Virus record (IMG/VR): IMGVR_UViG_3300017678_000008
Coordinates: 3,792-67,791 of that record
Length of the DNA: 64,000 nt
Direction: 5' to 3' (one strand)
Source: a virus
In this document: positions 54,064 through 64,000 of the stretch, one piece after another
How positions within the stretch are numbered: the stretch's first letter is position 1
Layout of the letters: every line of letters starts with the position of its first letter
Position numbers and translations under genes: made by a program
The notes under the pieces: model-generated
Database searches by the model: none
Told to the model about the DNA's origin: nothing
The model's input: only the letters and a program-made list of their open reading frames with translations

Positions 54064-56156
54064 TCGGGCAGGCACTAGGGGCCGCAGGTCTGGCGCTCAG
54101 TGGGGGAATCACGCCCACGCCGCCCGCCGAAGGCGCCGCGCCGCAGGTGCAGGCCGCCGCGCCAGCGCCCTATGCGGCCGCGCCCAGCATTCAGTCGCAG
54201 CTACCCACCATAGACTTCCCGCAGCGCACCATCACGGACGACCCCGCGATGCGCAGCGTGTACGACGACCTGGACGCTAAAGCCCTGTGGCTCAGGGACA
54301 AGATCGCCACGCAAAAGCGCACCCGCGCGAACGAAAACTACTACTTCAGCCCCGAGCTGCTGACCCAGCCGAACAAGGCCGTGGAGCAGATGACCGCGGC
54401 CGACATGACGTACAACCGGAACCTGCAGACCGTGCAGCAGATGCAAGCCGAGGGCCTCCAGATCGAGCTGCTGGATGCCAACGAAGTGACCAAGCCGCTC
54501 GACAATCTTCGCGCCATGCTGCAGGAAATCCCGCGCCCGCCCACGAAGAAGGAGATGGAGGCGCCCACGTGGATGCAGAGCGTGGCCAGCCTGGTGGCCG
54601 CCCTGGTGGACCCGACCAACGCCGGCGCCTACGCCGCCGCCCCGCTGCAGTACCAGATGCAGCGCCGGGAGGAGCAGTACCAGCAGGAAATGGTCCAGTA
54701 CGAAGCGCTGAAGCAGAAGTTCCAGCTGGACTATCAGATCGAGGCCACCCGCGCCGAGCAGCTGGCGAACATCGCCGTGGCCAACAACCGGGCGCGCCAA
54801 GAGCAGCAGATGAAATGGCTGGACCGGATTTACCAGGCCCGCCTGGCGGACGCCGCCAGCGCTGACGCCTGGGACCGCACCATCTACGGGGTGCAGGTGG
54901 ACCTGATGAAGATGGACCGCCAGCAGCGCCAGGCCATTGTGCTGGCCCACGTGGACATGCTGACCAGTGGCCGGCCGTATTCGCCCGAGCAGCGCGCCGC
55001 CGCCGCCGCCCTGATCAAGGCGCACACGGGATTCGACATCCCGACCAGCGCCGAGCTGACGCCCGCCGAGAAGCAGAAGCTGGAGGAACTTCGCGGCATG
55101 GTGCTGGCCAATAACTTCAATGATCGCACGATGGACGCGCGGGTGCAGACCGTAGGCGCCCAGGCCAGCGCCGCCGTGAGTGGCGCCCAGATCGCGGCCG
55201 TGGAAGCTGGCAGCGCCCAGGAGCAGAAGGACCTGGAGCTGGAGCGCCTACGCTTGCAAAACGAGCAGCAGGCCACCGCGAACAAGTACCTGGATGAGCA
55301 AGCCCGCGCGCAGCTCGCGGCAACGTACGCCGCCACGGCCGGGCAAAACCTGCAGAACGCCAACACGGCCGCTACCGCCAGCAACGGCGGAGCCCTAAAT
55401 GCCGAGCAGCGACGCCTGTACTCCGAGGCCGTCATGGGAGCGCGCAAGGACGCCCAGGAGCAGCGAACCATGCTGGCCGAGCGAAAGGCCGCCATCATCG
55501 AGGACCTGAAGAAAACGGGCCAATGGCTGAACTACGGCCACAAAGAGAACGGTTGGGGGCCAATCGGTGGCAACAAGCTGACGAACGAGGAAGTGGACGC
55601 CCGAAATCAGCGCCTGCTGGCCGAGCGCCTGGCGCAGGACCCGGTGGCCGCCGAACACGAAAAGGCCGCGCAGCAGCACGAAATGAGCGCGCGCCAGCTG
55701 GAGACGTACCTAAACGCAGGAGGCACCAACGCCGGAAAGAACCCGGTGGGCGCCGGCGACTTAGGGAAGCGCTACCAAGAGGCCGGCCTGAAGTATTCGA
55801 TGGAGCGCCGAGGCCAAAACGGATACACGGACTGTAGTCACTTTACGCAGTGCGTGTACCGCGACATGGGCAAGCAGATACCGGGAACGGCCGCGACCCA
55901 GTGGCGAGAAATGACCGCCGTGCCCCGAGGCCAGGAGTCACTAGGGGACCTCATTTTCTTCAAGGACAACCGGCCGAGCGCCGGGCGCCGTGGCCTGGCC
56001 GCGCACCACGTCGGCATCATTGTCGGATTCACCGATGAAGGGGTGCCGATCATGCGCCACGCCAGCAGCGCCGCGAACAAGATCGTGGACGTGCCGCTCG
56101 ACAAGTATCTCAGCACCACCAGCGGCCGCATGGCCCTGCTAGGGGTGAAGCGTTGA
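54060..56156 (+). CDS. Ejection protein 2 with NlpC/P60 domain
   Basis: YTDCSHFTQCVY, GDLIFF, HHVG. Confidence 0.8.
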   Translation: MIGQALGAAGLALSGGITPTPPAEGAAPQVQAAAPAPYAAAPSIQSQLPTIDFPQRTITDDPAMRSVYDDLDAKALWLRDKIATQKRTRANENYYFSPELLTQPNKAVEQMTAADMTYNRNLQTVQQMQAEGLQIELLDANEVTKPLDNLRAMLQEIPRPPTKKEMEAPTWMQSVASLVAALVDPTNAGAYAAAPLQYQMQRREEQYQQEMVQYEALKQKFQLDYQIEATRAEQLANIAVANNRARQEQQMKWLDRIYQARLADAASADAWDRTIYGVQVDLMKMDRQQRQAIVLAHVDMLTSGRPYSPEQRAAAAALIKAHTGFDIPTSAELTPAEKQKLEELRGMVLANNFNDRTMDARVQTVGAQASAAVSGAQIAAVEAGSAQEQKDLELERLRLQNEQQATANKYLDEQARAQLAATYAATAGQNLQNANTAATASNGGALNAEQRRLYSEAVMGARKDAQEQRTMLAERKAAIIEDLKKTGQWLNYGHKENGWGPIGGNKLTNEEVDARNQRLLAERLAQDPVAAEHEKAAQQHEMSARQLETYLNAGGTNAGKNPVGAGDLGKRYQEAGLKYSMERRGQNGYTDCSHFTQCVYRDMGKQIPGTAATQWREMTAVPRGQESLGDLIFFKDNRPSAGRRGLAAHHVGIIVGFTDEGVPIMRHASSAANKIVDVPLDKYLSTTSGRMALLGVKR

Positions 56157-59100
56157 GTCAGACCTTCAAGAGCTGGCAGGAGTATGTCGGGCAGGCGAAC
56201 GTCATGGGGGCGCCTGCAGCCGAAACGCCCGCCCGTGGATTCAGCAGCTGGCAGGACTACCAAGCTGGCGCCGTGAACCCGCTGGCCCCGGCACCGACGC
56301 AGCCGGCGACCGTTTGGGACCAGCTCAGGCTCACGCCCAGCCGCTTACCTGACGACCACGCCCGCCGCATGAAGGACGCCACCAGGTTCGCTCCGGAGTC
56401 GCAGGAGCGCCTGATGGCCCTGGCCGACACGGCCGTGGTGGGCTTCCCGACGTTTGGGGAGGAGCGATATAACTACCCAGGCCGCGACATGCTGCTGGAG
56501 CTGACGAGGTTCAGAGGCCCATCCCTGGCCGCCGCCCTACCGGGCGCCATTCGCCAGGTGGCCACGGACTTCGGCGAGGAGCCCAGTATCGTGGAGGCCC
56601 GGCTGCAGACGCTAGGGCTCAGCACTCAGGAAGCCGCCGCCCAGGAAATGGTGAGCGGCCGCGTGTTTACCGACATGGTGGGCCTGGCCGCAGGTGAGCA
56701 GGCGCTACCCATCGCGCGCCAGGGCGCGCTGCTGGCCACCCAGCGCCTCATGGGCACTTATGACCCGGATACCTTCGAGGAGGGAGTCAGCGAAATGGAG
56801 CAGCGGATCGCCGAGGATGGCAACCAGCGCGCGCTGCAGATGGCCGCAAACCTTGGCCTGTACATTCTCCCCATCGGGCCGAAAACTGGCCCGCTGAAGA
56901 TCCTCAGCGGCCGGCCGCAAAGCGTGGCGGGCGTGACCAATCCGCTGCAGAACCCGAACATCTTCGGCGGCCTGGAGGCCGTGCGATTCATGGGCCGCGT
57001 GGCCGAGGAGGGCGTAGGTGGCGCCGTGGTGGGCGAGCTGCAGGACATGGGCACCGCCCTGAACCCGCTGGCCGAGGACCTGGCGCCCAGTGAGCGCGTG
57101 GCGCGCGTGGCGTTGTCAGTGATGGCGCTGGCCGGACTAACCAGTGGCGCCGTGGAAGTGCGCGGCCTGGCCAGAGAAATCACCAGCGAAGTGGCCAGCA
57201 GGGTGCCGGGAGAACGAGGCGCCGCCCTGCAGCAGCGACTCAGGCCGAACGCCCTGGCCAGCGTGATGCAGGACGCCCTGGGCCGCAGTGGACTCGACAT
57301 GCCCGGCATGCGCCTGGAGCGCGGAGGGTATCGAGCGGAGCCCGTGGTGGACTTCGCCGCGATGACGCCCGCCCAGCACCTGACCCTGCGCAGGAACTTC
57401 GAGCTGGCGATGGACGACATGCCCGCCCGCGACCTGGTGGCCTGGTCGTCACTTACCCAGCCGTTCGAGGCCACCGCGAAGGTGGACCCCAGCAGTGTAC
57501 GGCTGCTGCAGATGCTGAACGATGGCGACCTACCGGAAGCCGGCAGCCTGGCCGAGGCGCCGACGCTGGCCGACGCCGCCACCCTGGCCGAGCAGCGCCT
57601 GGCCGAGAGTGGCCTGGTGGTCAATGAGCAGTACGTCCACCTGGACGAGCTGAAAGCGCAGACCGCCCACCTGCCACGACTGACCTACGCCCAGGCCGTA
57701 ACGAGCAGTAAGGACGTGGAGCGGATTCTTATGGACAGTTGGGGCCTGGACGCCAAGGCCGCCAAGCTGAACGCCGCCGTATTCGAGGCGCGGGCGCAGG
57801 CATGGGCCGACGACACCGGCCGCCCCGTGAGCGAGTGGTACACCACGCGCATCGCCAGCATGGGCGCCGAGGGAGACGCCGCTGGCCGCGCCGATGGCCT
57901 GCTGGTCACCGGCGCCCCGGTGCAGTTCCAAATGGACGGGCAATACTTCCAGGGCAAGCTGGCGCCAAACCAGGCGTACACCTTGGGCCGATACGGCCGC
58001 ATTCGGGTGACGATGGACGACGGCACCGAAATGATCGTACCGCTGGCCCAGGTTACGGAAGGCATCCCCGACCAAGTGCGGGAACGCTTCGGCAACATCG
58101 AGAGTGCCAAGGCCCTGTACCAAGCCGAGGAAGCACCGGCGCTGCTGGCGACCCACAGCACGAGCGTAGAAGGCTTGCAGGCCGCCCTAGACCTGGGCGG
58201 CATCCCGGCGCCGAGCGTGGCCATTACGAAAGCCGAGGGGGTGCCGAAGTACTACGGGAAGGTGGCCATGCTATTTGACACCGAAACCGTGGACCCGCTC
58301 AAAAACCCGGAGCACCTGCTAGTCGCCGGCGACGGATACACCGTCACGCAGCCGCGCCAGCAAGTGAAGGTGATCCCCGAAAAGGCCAGAGCCCTGGACG
58401 CCAGGCTGGCAAGATGGGGGGCGGGCAGACGAACTATAGAAGAACACTGGCAAAAACCCCAAAAATGGCCGGACCCAATAGAGAATTGGGTGGGCCAAGT
58501 AACTGGCATTGACGAGCCCCACCGGTGGAGGCGCGAGTACTTGGTGAGCCAACTTGGTTATGACGAGGCAACCGTGCGCGCCATGAAAAGCGGTGACCTG
58601 GCGGTAGCAGCTAACTGGTATGGCCCTGAATTTGAACAGTGGTACCGCCGCCAGCTGATGGATGCCACGGACGGACAGAAGTACGTGCTGACCAAGGGCG
58701 GCCTGGTCCCCTACACGATGGAAGCCGTACTCGACGTGATGAAGGCAAAGCGCGGAACAGCAAAAGCTGACATGAACGACGAAGGCTTAGGCCCGGCACG
58801 CGCAAAGACTCTAAAGCCAGTGCCCAAGATTGAGCAAGTGGTGCGGCAATCCGACCGCCTGGCCGACGATTCCGTGGTGACCCGGTATTTGACGGACCTA
58901 AGCATGGAAATCGACGATATCCAGCGCGAAATCAACGATGTTATGGGTTGGCACCCTTACCGAGGGCGAGGTGAGAAATGGAGGGACGACGCGCTAAAGA
59001 TCGTGGTGCAAATGGCCAAAGGGGTGGCGCCGCAGACAGCCATTGAGCGCGCCGGCTTTGGTGGGCGCTTGTCGGCCAGCATAAAGACCGAGCTGGAGCA

Positions 59101-62100
59101 AGCCGCTCGCAAACTGGCCGAGGCACCCGTGCAGTACTTCGAGGCCAAGCCGTACCGCCCGGTGAAGCTGGACGAAGTGCGCGCCGTGGTGGCCCCGAAC
59201 GATATGGACGCCGAACTGGTGGCCGCCCTGCAGGAGCGTGGGGTGAAGGTGTACCAGTACGACGCTGCCAACGAATCCGACCGCGCCCGCGTGATGACGC
59301 AGGCGGCCGAGGAGACGGGCGTACTATTCCAACGAGAGCAAACCGCGAAGGCGAAAATCATGTTCGACCGCACAGGCAAGGCCATGCTGCGGGCGCTCAA
59401 GAACCCAGACGCCAGCACCGCGCTGCACGAACTTGGCCACATCCTTCGCCGCGACCTGTACCGCGATGGCGGAATCAGCGCCCAGGAGCAGGCCGTGCTG
59501 GAGACATGGGCGGGCGTGAAGGATGGCAAATGGCACGAGGCCGCCGAGGAGAAATTCGCGCGCGCGTGGGAGCGCTACCTTCGAGAAGGAAAGGCCCCGG
59601 TGAAGGAGCTGCGCGGCCTATTCCAGCGCCTGAAGAACATGCTGCAGACGGTGTACGCCGAAATCACGGGCAGCGCCATAGACGTGGAAATCAGCCCCGA
59701 GGTCCGCGACATCTTCGACAACCTGCTAGGCAAAAAGGGATACGAGGAACGCGCCCGCCTGCAGGCCGAGGAGCAGGCCGCCGTGACGCAGCTGGCCCGG
59801 CAGCGCGACGAGCTGCTGGCGATCATGCCCGACGACCCGCGCCTGGACGTATTCGGCGACGTGTACGACGAGCCGCTGGCCAGTGCGATCCTGCGAGAAT
59901 TTGGCAACGGCACCGACGACCCGCGCCTAGCCGCCGACGTGCTAATCGAGGCGCAAAACGCCGCCTATTGGGCCGACCTGCAGCGACAAGCCGACGAGGA
60001 TTTTAGGGCCACCTACTTCGAGGACGCGCTGGAGTTCCGCCGATGGTACGGCAAAGGGGGCAACCGCGCCCGGTGGTACCGCGAAGGCAACAAGTACCGC
60101 AGTGACGCCCGCCCCAGCCAGCTCATCGGGTTCCTAGACGCCAGGCAGATGCCGCCACAGATTCTGGAGGCCGTGACGGACTGGGGCAGAAGATTCTTCA
60201 ATGACCCCGATTATCTGGTGGACAGGGACAACCCGAACGCCACCGGCCAGCCCGTGCGACCGCGCACCCTGACCGAGATCATGGACGAGGGGGAAGTCAT
60301 CCCGGCGCCCATTTACGACGCCTGGCTGGAATCTATCCGGCCGCCCGACTACGACGATACGCCGCTTTATCAAGACGGCGCTGCTACATTTTGGGAGGAA
60401 GTAGTAGGGAAGGCGCTAGCGCAAGCGAAAACCAACCCCGTGGCCGTTCGCACTGCAACCGTTCAAAGCTACTACACGCGCCCGGATAGCATTCGGGCCA
60501 AAGCTGACGGCACTGGCATACAGGTGCGCGAAGGAAAAAACTGGGTAACGCTGACCAAAGAGCAGGAGGAAATGGTCGCGGCTCAAGTCGGAATGACCCC
60601 ACCTCCAGGGCATGCGGAGTACGTGGCAAGGATTCAGGGGGAGCAAAGAGGGGCACGACTTGCAAGAGAGCAGGAGCAACGCCGCAAAGCGGAAGCTGAC
60701 CGTATTGGAAAGCTGACGACTCTACGAGATCGCTTAGCCGCAATCATAGCGGCTGGCGTGGATGAAAACGGGCGAAAGGTGGCGCCCAAAGTGATGCGAG
60801 AGGTGCAGTCCGACGTGGCCCGGCTCACGGCAGAGATTGACGAAGCGCAAAGGGCTGCCGACGACCAGGGCAACAACCCAAACGAGCCGAACGTACTGTA
60901 CCAAAGTGGCCCGAGCGAGGCCGACCTGGCCCTGGTGGCCGCCAAGCGAATCGCCGAGGGTAACGCCGAGGAGACAGTGCTGAAGATTCTCAAACGAGAC
61001 TTCAAGCAGAAACCCGGCCGGGCCGCCATCATCTACCGCCGCGCGCAGGAAGTGCTGGCCCGCCACGACATTGACCAGACGTACCGCGAAACGAGCAGCC
61101 GCGCGGCCGTGGCCGAGATGCTGGCCGAACGCCACCCGAACATCCCCAAAAGCCGGTACCCCATTGTCATCCGCGAGGCCCTGGCCACCGTAGGAGAGCA
61201 GGAGATGGCCGCCATTCGCGCGGCCGTAGATGCGCAATTCGACACGACCGTGCCCGACCGGGCCGCCCCGGTGGCCGAGGCCCTGCTGCGAGGCGACAAG
61301 GAGCGCGCCAAGGAGCTGGTGGCAAACACCGCCCAGGACGCCCGCCACCGCCAGCGAGTGCTGGCCGCTGCACGTGAGCAGGTGGCAACGGCCGTGGCCA
61401 CCAACGAGTGGGGCGCCATGCCGAGCATGGACCACATCGCTGGCCTGCTGGAGAAGCGCCTGGACGTATCGCCCGCCCGCGCCCTGGAATTGACACGCGA
61501 CGCCCTGGACCGCGCCGGCATTGACTACGAGGCCGAGCTACGCCGGCAATCGCAGCGATGGCTGGAGGCGGAGCTGGAGCCCGCAGTGGAAATGACCTGG
61601 CAGCTCATGGAGCAGGGCAACGACTTCGAGAGCGCGTACAGCATGATGCAGTTCGGCCGCCCCGCCCGCAAGGAAAGCGTACGCCTACGGATTCGGGAGC
61701 GCGAAGCCTGGCCGCAGATCGCGGAGGTGTTCGACCAGACCAGCAGCTACCGAGAGGTCCGCATGATGCTGGCCGAGCAATACCCCGAAATCCCCGCCTA
61801 TCGGTACCGCGAGGTATTCACCGAGGCGCTGGCCGCCAATGGCATCGGGGTGGCCACGGCGCCCCTAGTGCGCGTAGACCCTATCACTAAACGCAAGGAG
61901 GTGGTGCCGGGCCAGATACGTGTAGTCATCGGCGCGAACGAGGTGGTGGTCCCGCAGTCAGTCATCAAGGACATGGAATTTTTCAAGGACCGGCACCCGG
62001 GCCTTGGCTCATTCTGGGATGAAGCGCGCTACGTGGAGCGCATGACCAACCGCAACGAGGCCGCGTACAAGTGGCTAGTGGAGCACCGAGAGGAAGCCGC

Positions 62101-64000
62101 CACCAACCTGACCAAGGACATGGTGAGATGGCGCGAGGAGCTGCAGCGGGTGTACGGCAAGCACGCCAAGGACCGCGAGTTTAGGGAGCTGGTGATGGAC
62201 TGGGTGGAGAACAAGCAGGCCAGGGAGGACGGGCTGCTCACCGAGGGCGTGGAGTTCAAGGGCCAGATCATCGAGGACATTCGCGAGCTGATCAGGCGCC
62301 AGCGCCCGAACGACTGGCAGGACATCGAGCGCATAGCCGAGTGGCACCGGGCGACGTACGACCTGCTGCTCGACAAGCAGAACGAGGTCCGCCGCATGTT
62401 TGGCTTGGGCGAAATCCCGCGCCGCGCCGACTATATGGCGCACATCATGGAGGAGGCGACCGCGCTGCAAAAAATCCTACAGATGCAGGACGACCACAGC
62501 GCTGGCCCCGGCGCCTGGCGACCCACAAGCGCCCGGCGAAAGTCGCCATTCAATCGCCACGCCCTGCAGCGCAAGGGGCAGCGCAGCCGACGCGATAGTC
62601 TGGCGAACACTGAGGATTACATCGAGAGCGCCCTGCGGACCATTCACCTGACGGCGCCGGCGATTCGACGCCGCACCCTGGCCAAGGTGCTGGCCGACAA
62701 TGACCAGCATGCGGCATTCGGCGACGTGGTGCAGTATTGGCAGAATCAGGCAAATAGACTGACGAACCAACAGGTGGAAGGTGCGGACGGAATCCCGCGC
62801 GTTTTGAACGGTTGGGTGGCGCGTTCGATCATCGAGGCCATACGCTGGACCAGCAAGCGCACCGCCCTGAATGGACTGGTGGGCAACCTACGGACCGCCG
62901 TCATGCAGACCGGGAGCCTGCCGCAGGTGACCGCCATCGCTGGCCCGAAGAACGTAGCCGCTGCCGCCGTGGTACGGATGCAGGTGGCCAGGGGCCTCAC
63001 TCCCGACCCCGTAATGGCAAGCGCATTTATGACCAGGCGCTACGCCTACAAAGGACGCCTAGCCCGAAGCGGGTGGGACCGTGCCATTGAAATCGGCGCT
63101 AAGCCGATGGAGATCATCGAAAAGGCAGTAGCTGAACACGTCTGGACATCCTTCCACGTGCAAGCTATCAGGCTAGGGCGACCGAACGAGGCCGCCGTGA
63201 AGTACGCCGACCGCATGACGAACCGCGCCCTGGCCGGCCGCGCCATCGGAGAAAAGCCTGCAGTGTTCGACACCGATTACGGCAAGGTGCTGCTGCAGTT
63301 CCAGCTGGAAGTGAATAACATGGTGCTGCTGGCGCGGCATGATGCAACTTGGAACGAGCTACTAGGCAGGGAGGCCACCGCCGCCGAGAAGTGGCGCCGG
63401 GCCGCCATTTACACCGTCAGCGCCTATATCGCAAACAGCCTGTACTACGAGGCATTCAGCGACCGCCCGCTACCGGACCCCATAGACCTCAGCATGGACG
63501 TGGTGGGCATCGCCGCCGACAACAAAGACAAGGCCGCGAAGGACCGAGCTGCGAAGATGGTGGGCCGCGTGGCCGGCGAAATCATCAGCTCAGTGCCGGG
63601 TGGCACGATGGCCGTGGGCATATTTTTCGACGAGTACGCCGACATCGGTGGCACGGGCATGACGCGCGAGGAGCTGCTAGGGCGGACGCCGGCCGGCATG
63701 TACGCCGGCACGCTCCCCACCAGCAGCGCGCTGAGGAACGCCACCAAGGGCAGCACCATGACAGAACTAGGCTGGAACCTGACGACCACGCTAGGCCTGC
63801 CATTCGGTGGGCGCCAGCTCAACAAGACGAGCACGGCCGTGGAGGCCCTGGCCAACGGTGGCACTGTCACCGACCGCCAAGGCCGGCCGCGCTACACGAT
63901 AGACGAATGGGTGGACGAGGCCCGCGCTCTGCTCTTTGGGCCGAACGCGACGAAAGCCGCACAACGATACTACGACCAGAAAGCCGGAGGCAAAGACTAA
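56153..64000 (+). CDS. Giant ejection / polyvalent protein (zincin plus ART-like module)
   Basis: 2615 aa; STALHELGH...EEKFA; THSTS...GGIPAPS...YFEAKP module. Confidence 0.8.
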   Translation: MSQTFKSWQEYVGQANVMGAPAAETPARGFSSWQDYQAGAVNPLAPAPTQPATVWDQLRLTPSRLPDDHARRMKDATRFAPESQERLMALADTAVVGFPTFGEERYNYPGRDMLLELTRFRGPSLAAALPGAIRQVATDFGEEPSIVEARLQTLGLSTQEAAAQEMVSGRVFTDMVGLAAGEQALPIARQGALLATQRLMGTYDPDTFEEGVSEMEQRIAEDGNQRALQMAANLGLYILPIGPKTGPLKILSGRPQSVAGVTNPLQNPNIFGGLEAVRFMGRVAEEGVGGAVVGELQDMGTALNPLAEDLAPSERVARVALSVMALAGLTSGAVEVRGLAREITSEVASRVPGERGAALQQRLRPNALASVMQDALGRSGLDMPGMRLERGGYRAEPVVDFAAMTPAQHLTLRRNFELAMDDMPARDLVAWSSLTQPFEATAKVDPSSVRLLQMLNDGDLPEAGSLAEAPTLADAATLAEQRLAESGLVVNEQYVHLDELKAQTAHLPRLTYAQAVTSSKDVERILMDSWGLDAKAAKLNAAVFEARAQAWADDTGRPVSEWYTTRIASMGAEGDAAGRADGLLVTGAPVQFQMDGQYFQGKLAPNQAYTLGRYGRIRVTMDDGTEMIVPLAQVTEGIPDQVRERFGNIESAKALYQAEEAPALLATHSTSVEGLQAALDLGGIPAPSVAITKAEGVPKYYGKVAMLFDTETVDPLKNPEHLLVAGDGYTVTQPRQQVKVIPEKARALDARLARWGAGRRTIEEHWQKPQKWPDPIENWVGQVTGIDEPHRWRREYLVSQLGYDEATVRAMKSGDLAVAANWYGPEFEQWYRRQLMDATDGQKYVLTKGGLVPYTMEAVLDVMKAKRGTAKADMNDEGLGPARAKTLKPVPKIEQVVRQSDRLADDSVVTRYLTDLSMEIDDIQREINDVMGWHPYRGRGEKWRDDALKIVVQMAKGVAPQTAIERAGFGGRLSASIKTELEQAARKLAEAPVQYFEAKPYRPVKLDEVRAVVAPNDMDAELVAALQERGVKVYQYDAANESDRARVMTQAAEETGVLFQREQTAKAKIMFDRTGKAMLRALKNPDASTALHELGHILRRDLYRDGGISAQEQAVLETWAGVKDGKWHEAAEEKFARAWERYLREGKAPVKELRGLFQRLKNMLQTVYAEITGSAIDVEISPEVRDIFDNLLGKKGYEERARLQAEEQAAVTQLARQRDELLAIMPDDPRLDVFGDVYDEPLASAILREFGNGTDDPRLAADVLIEAQNAAYWADLQRQADEDFRATYFEDALEFRRWYGKGGNRARWYREGNKYRSDARPSQLIGFLDARQMPPQILEAVTDWGRRFFNDPDYLVDRDNPNATGQPVRPRTLTEIMDEGEVIPAPIYDAWLESIRPPDYDDTPLYQDGAATFWEEVVGKALAQAKTNPVAVRTATVQSYYTRPDSIRAKADGTGIQVREGKNWVTLTKEQEEMVAAQVGMTPPPGHAEYVARIQGEQRGARLAREQEQRRKAEADRIGKLTTLRDRLAAIIAAGVDENGRKVAPKVMREVQSDVARLTAEIDEAQRAADDQGNNPNEPNVLYQSGPSEADLALVAAKRIAEGNAEETVLKILKRDFKQKPGRAAIIYRRAQEVLARHDIDQTYRETSSRAAVAEMLAERHPNIPKSRYPIVIREALATVGEQEMAAIRAAVDAQFDTTVPDRAAPVAEALLRGDKERAKELVANTAQDARHRQRVLAAAREQVATAVATNEWGAMPSMDHIAGLLEKRLDVSPARALELTRDALDRAGIDYEAELRRQSQRWLEAELEPAVEMTWQLMEQGNDFESAYSMMQFGRPARKESVRLRIREREAWPQIAEVFDQTSSYREVRMMLAEQYPEIPAYRYREVFTEALAANGIGVATAPLVRVDPITKRKEVVPGQIRVVIGANEVVVPQSVIKDMEFFKDRHPGLGSFWDEARYVERMTNRNEAAYKWLVEHREEAATNLTKDMVRWREELQRVYGKHAKDREFRELVMDWVENKQAREDGLLTEGVEFKGQIIEDIRELIRRQRPNDWQDIERIAEWHRATYDLLLDKQNEVRRMFGLGEIPRRADYMAHIMEEATALQKILQMQDDHSAGPGAWRPTSARRKSPFNRHALQRKGQRSRRDSLANTEDYIESALRTIHLTAPAIRRRTLAKVLADNDQHAAFGDVVQYWQNQANRLTNQQVEGADGIPRVLNGWVARSIIEAIRWTSKRTALNGLVGNLRTAVMQTGSLPQVTAIAGPKNVAAAAVVRMQVARGLTPDPVMASAFMTRRYAYKGRLARSGWDRAIEIGAKPMEIIEKAVAEHVWTSFHVQAIRLGRPNEAAVKYADRMTNRALAGRAIGEKPAVFDTDYGKVLLQFQLEVNNMVLLARHDATWNELLGREATAAEKWRRAAIYTVSAYIANSLYYEAFSDRPLPDPIDLSMDVVGIAADNKDKAAKDRAAKMVGRVAGEIISSVPGGTMAVGIFFDEYADIGGTGMTREELLGRTPAGMYAGTLPTSSALRNATKGSTMTELGWNLTTTLGLPFGGRQLNKTSTAVEALANGGTVTDRQGRPRYTIDEWVDEARALLFGPNATKAAQRYYDQKAGGKD

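Larger units (their letters stand above)
31242..64000 (+). mobile_element. Prophage B (homologue of A; right end outside window)
   Basis: att core, tyrosine integrase, excisionase and repressor, followed by the same module order as A. Confidence 0.93.

Noticed and set aside
1-64000. Assembly artefact or simple tandem duplication
   Set aside because: Homologues differ at many amino-acid and synonymous sites, gene content differs, and a proper att-int junction separates the copies.

Overview
The window holds two related but clearly diverged temperate prophages in tandem, with the same orientation and gene order. Prophage A runs from the left edge (starting inside its repressor gene) to ~31,240. 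Prophage B runs from ~31,242 past the right edge. They join at a 44-bp 3' fragment of tRNA-Val(GAC), which acts as the att core. The shared gene order is: [int-xis]-repressor, a divergent early operon of small genes, P4-alpha-like primase-helicase, an antisense membrane gene, an iteron origin, a late promoter with a tRNA(-like) element, CHAP lysin, holin, terminases, a HicB-like protein, portal, scaffold, capsid, two adaptor paralogues, nozzle, three ejection proteins and (seen only in A) an SGNH esterase. This is a podovirus-type (P22/T7-like short tail) layout. Comparing the two copies by eye shows several unusual features. (1) An initiator-like tRNA-Met lies in frame inside the 5' extension of the lysin ORF in A; in B it is remodelled into an anticodon-less tRNA-like structure that appears to be translated. 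(2) The giant ejection protein carries a HExxH peptidase, and its ART-like and other cargo modules are bounded by L[YFH]Q motifs. (3) One tail adaptor paralogue is split in two inside an inserted domain. (4) The origin iterons, repressor recognition helix and operators have diverged together. (5) An orphan HicB-like domain sits in the packaging module. All functional calls come from motif recognition and synteny; no database searches were run.
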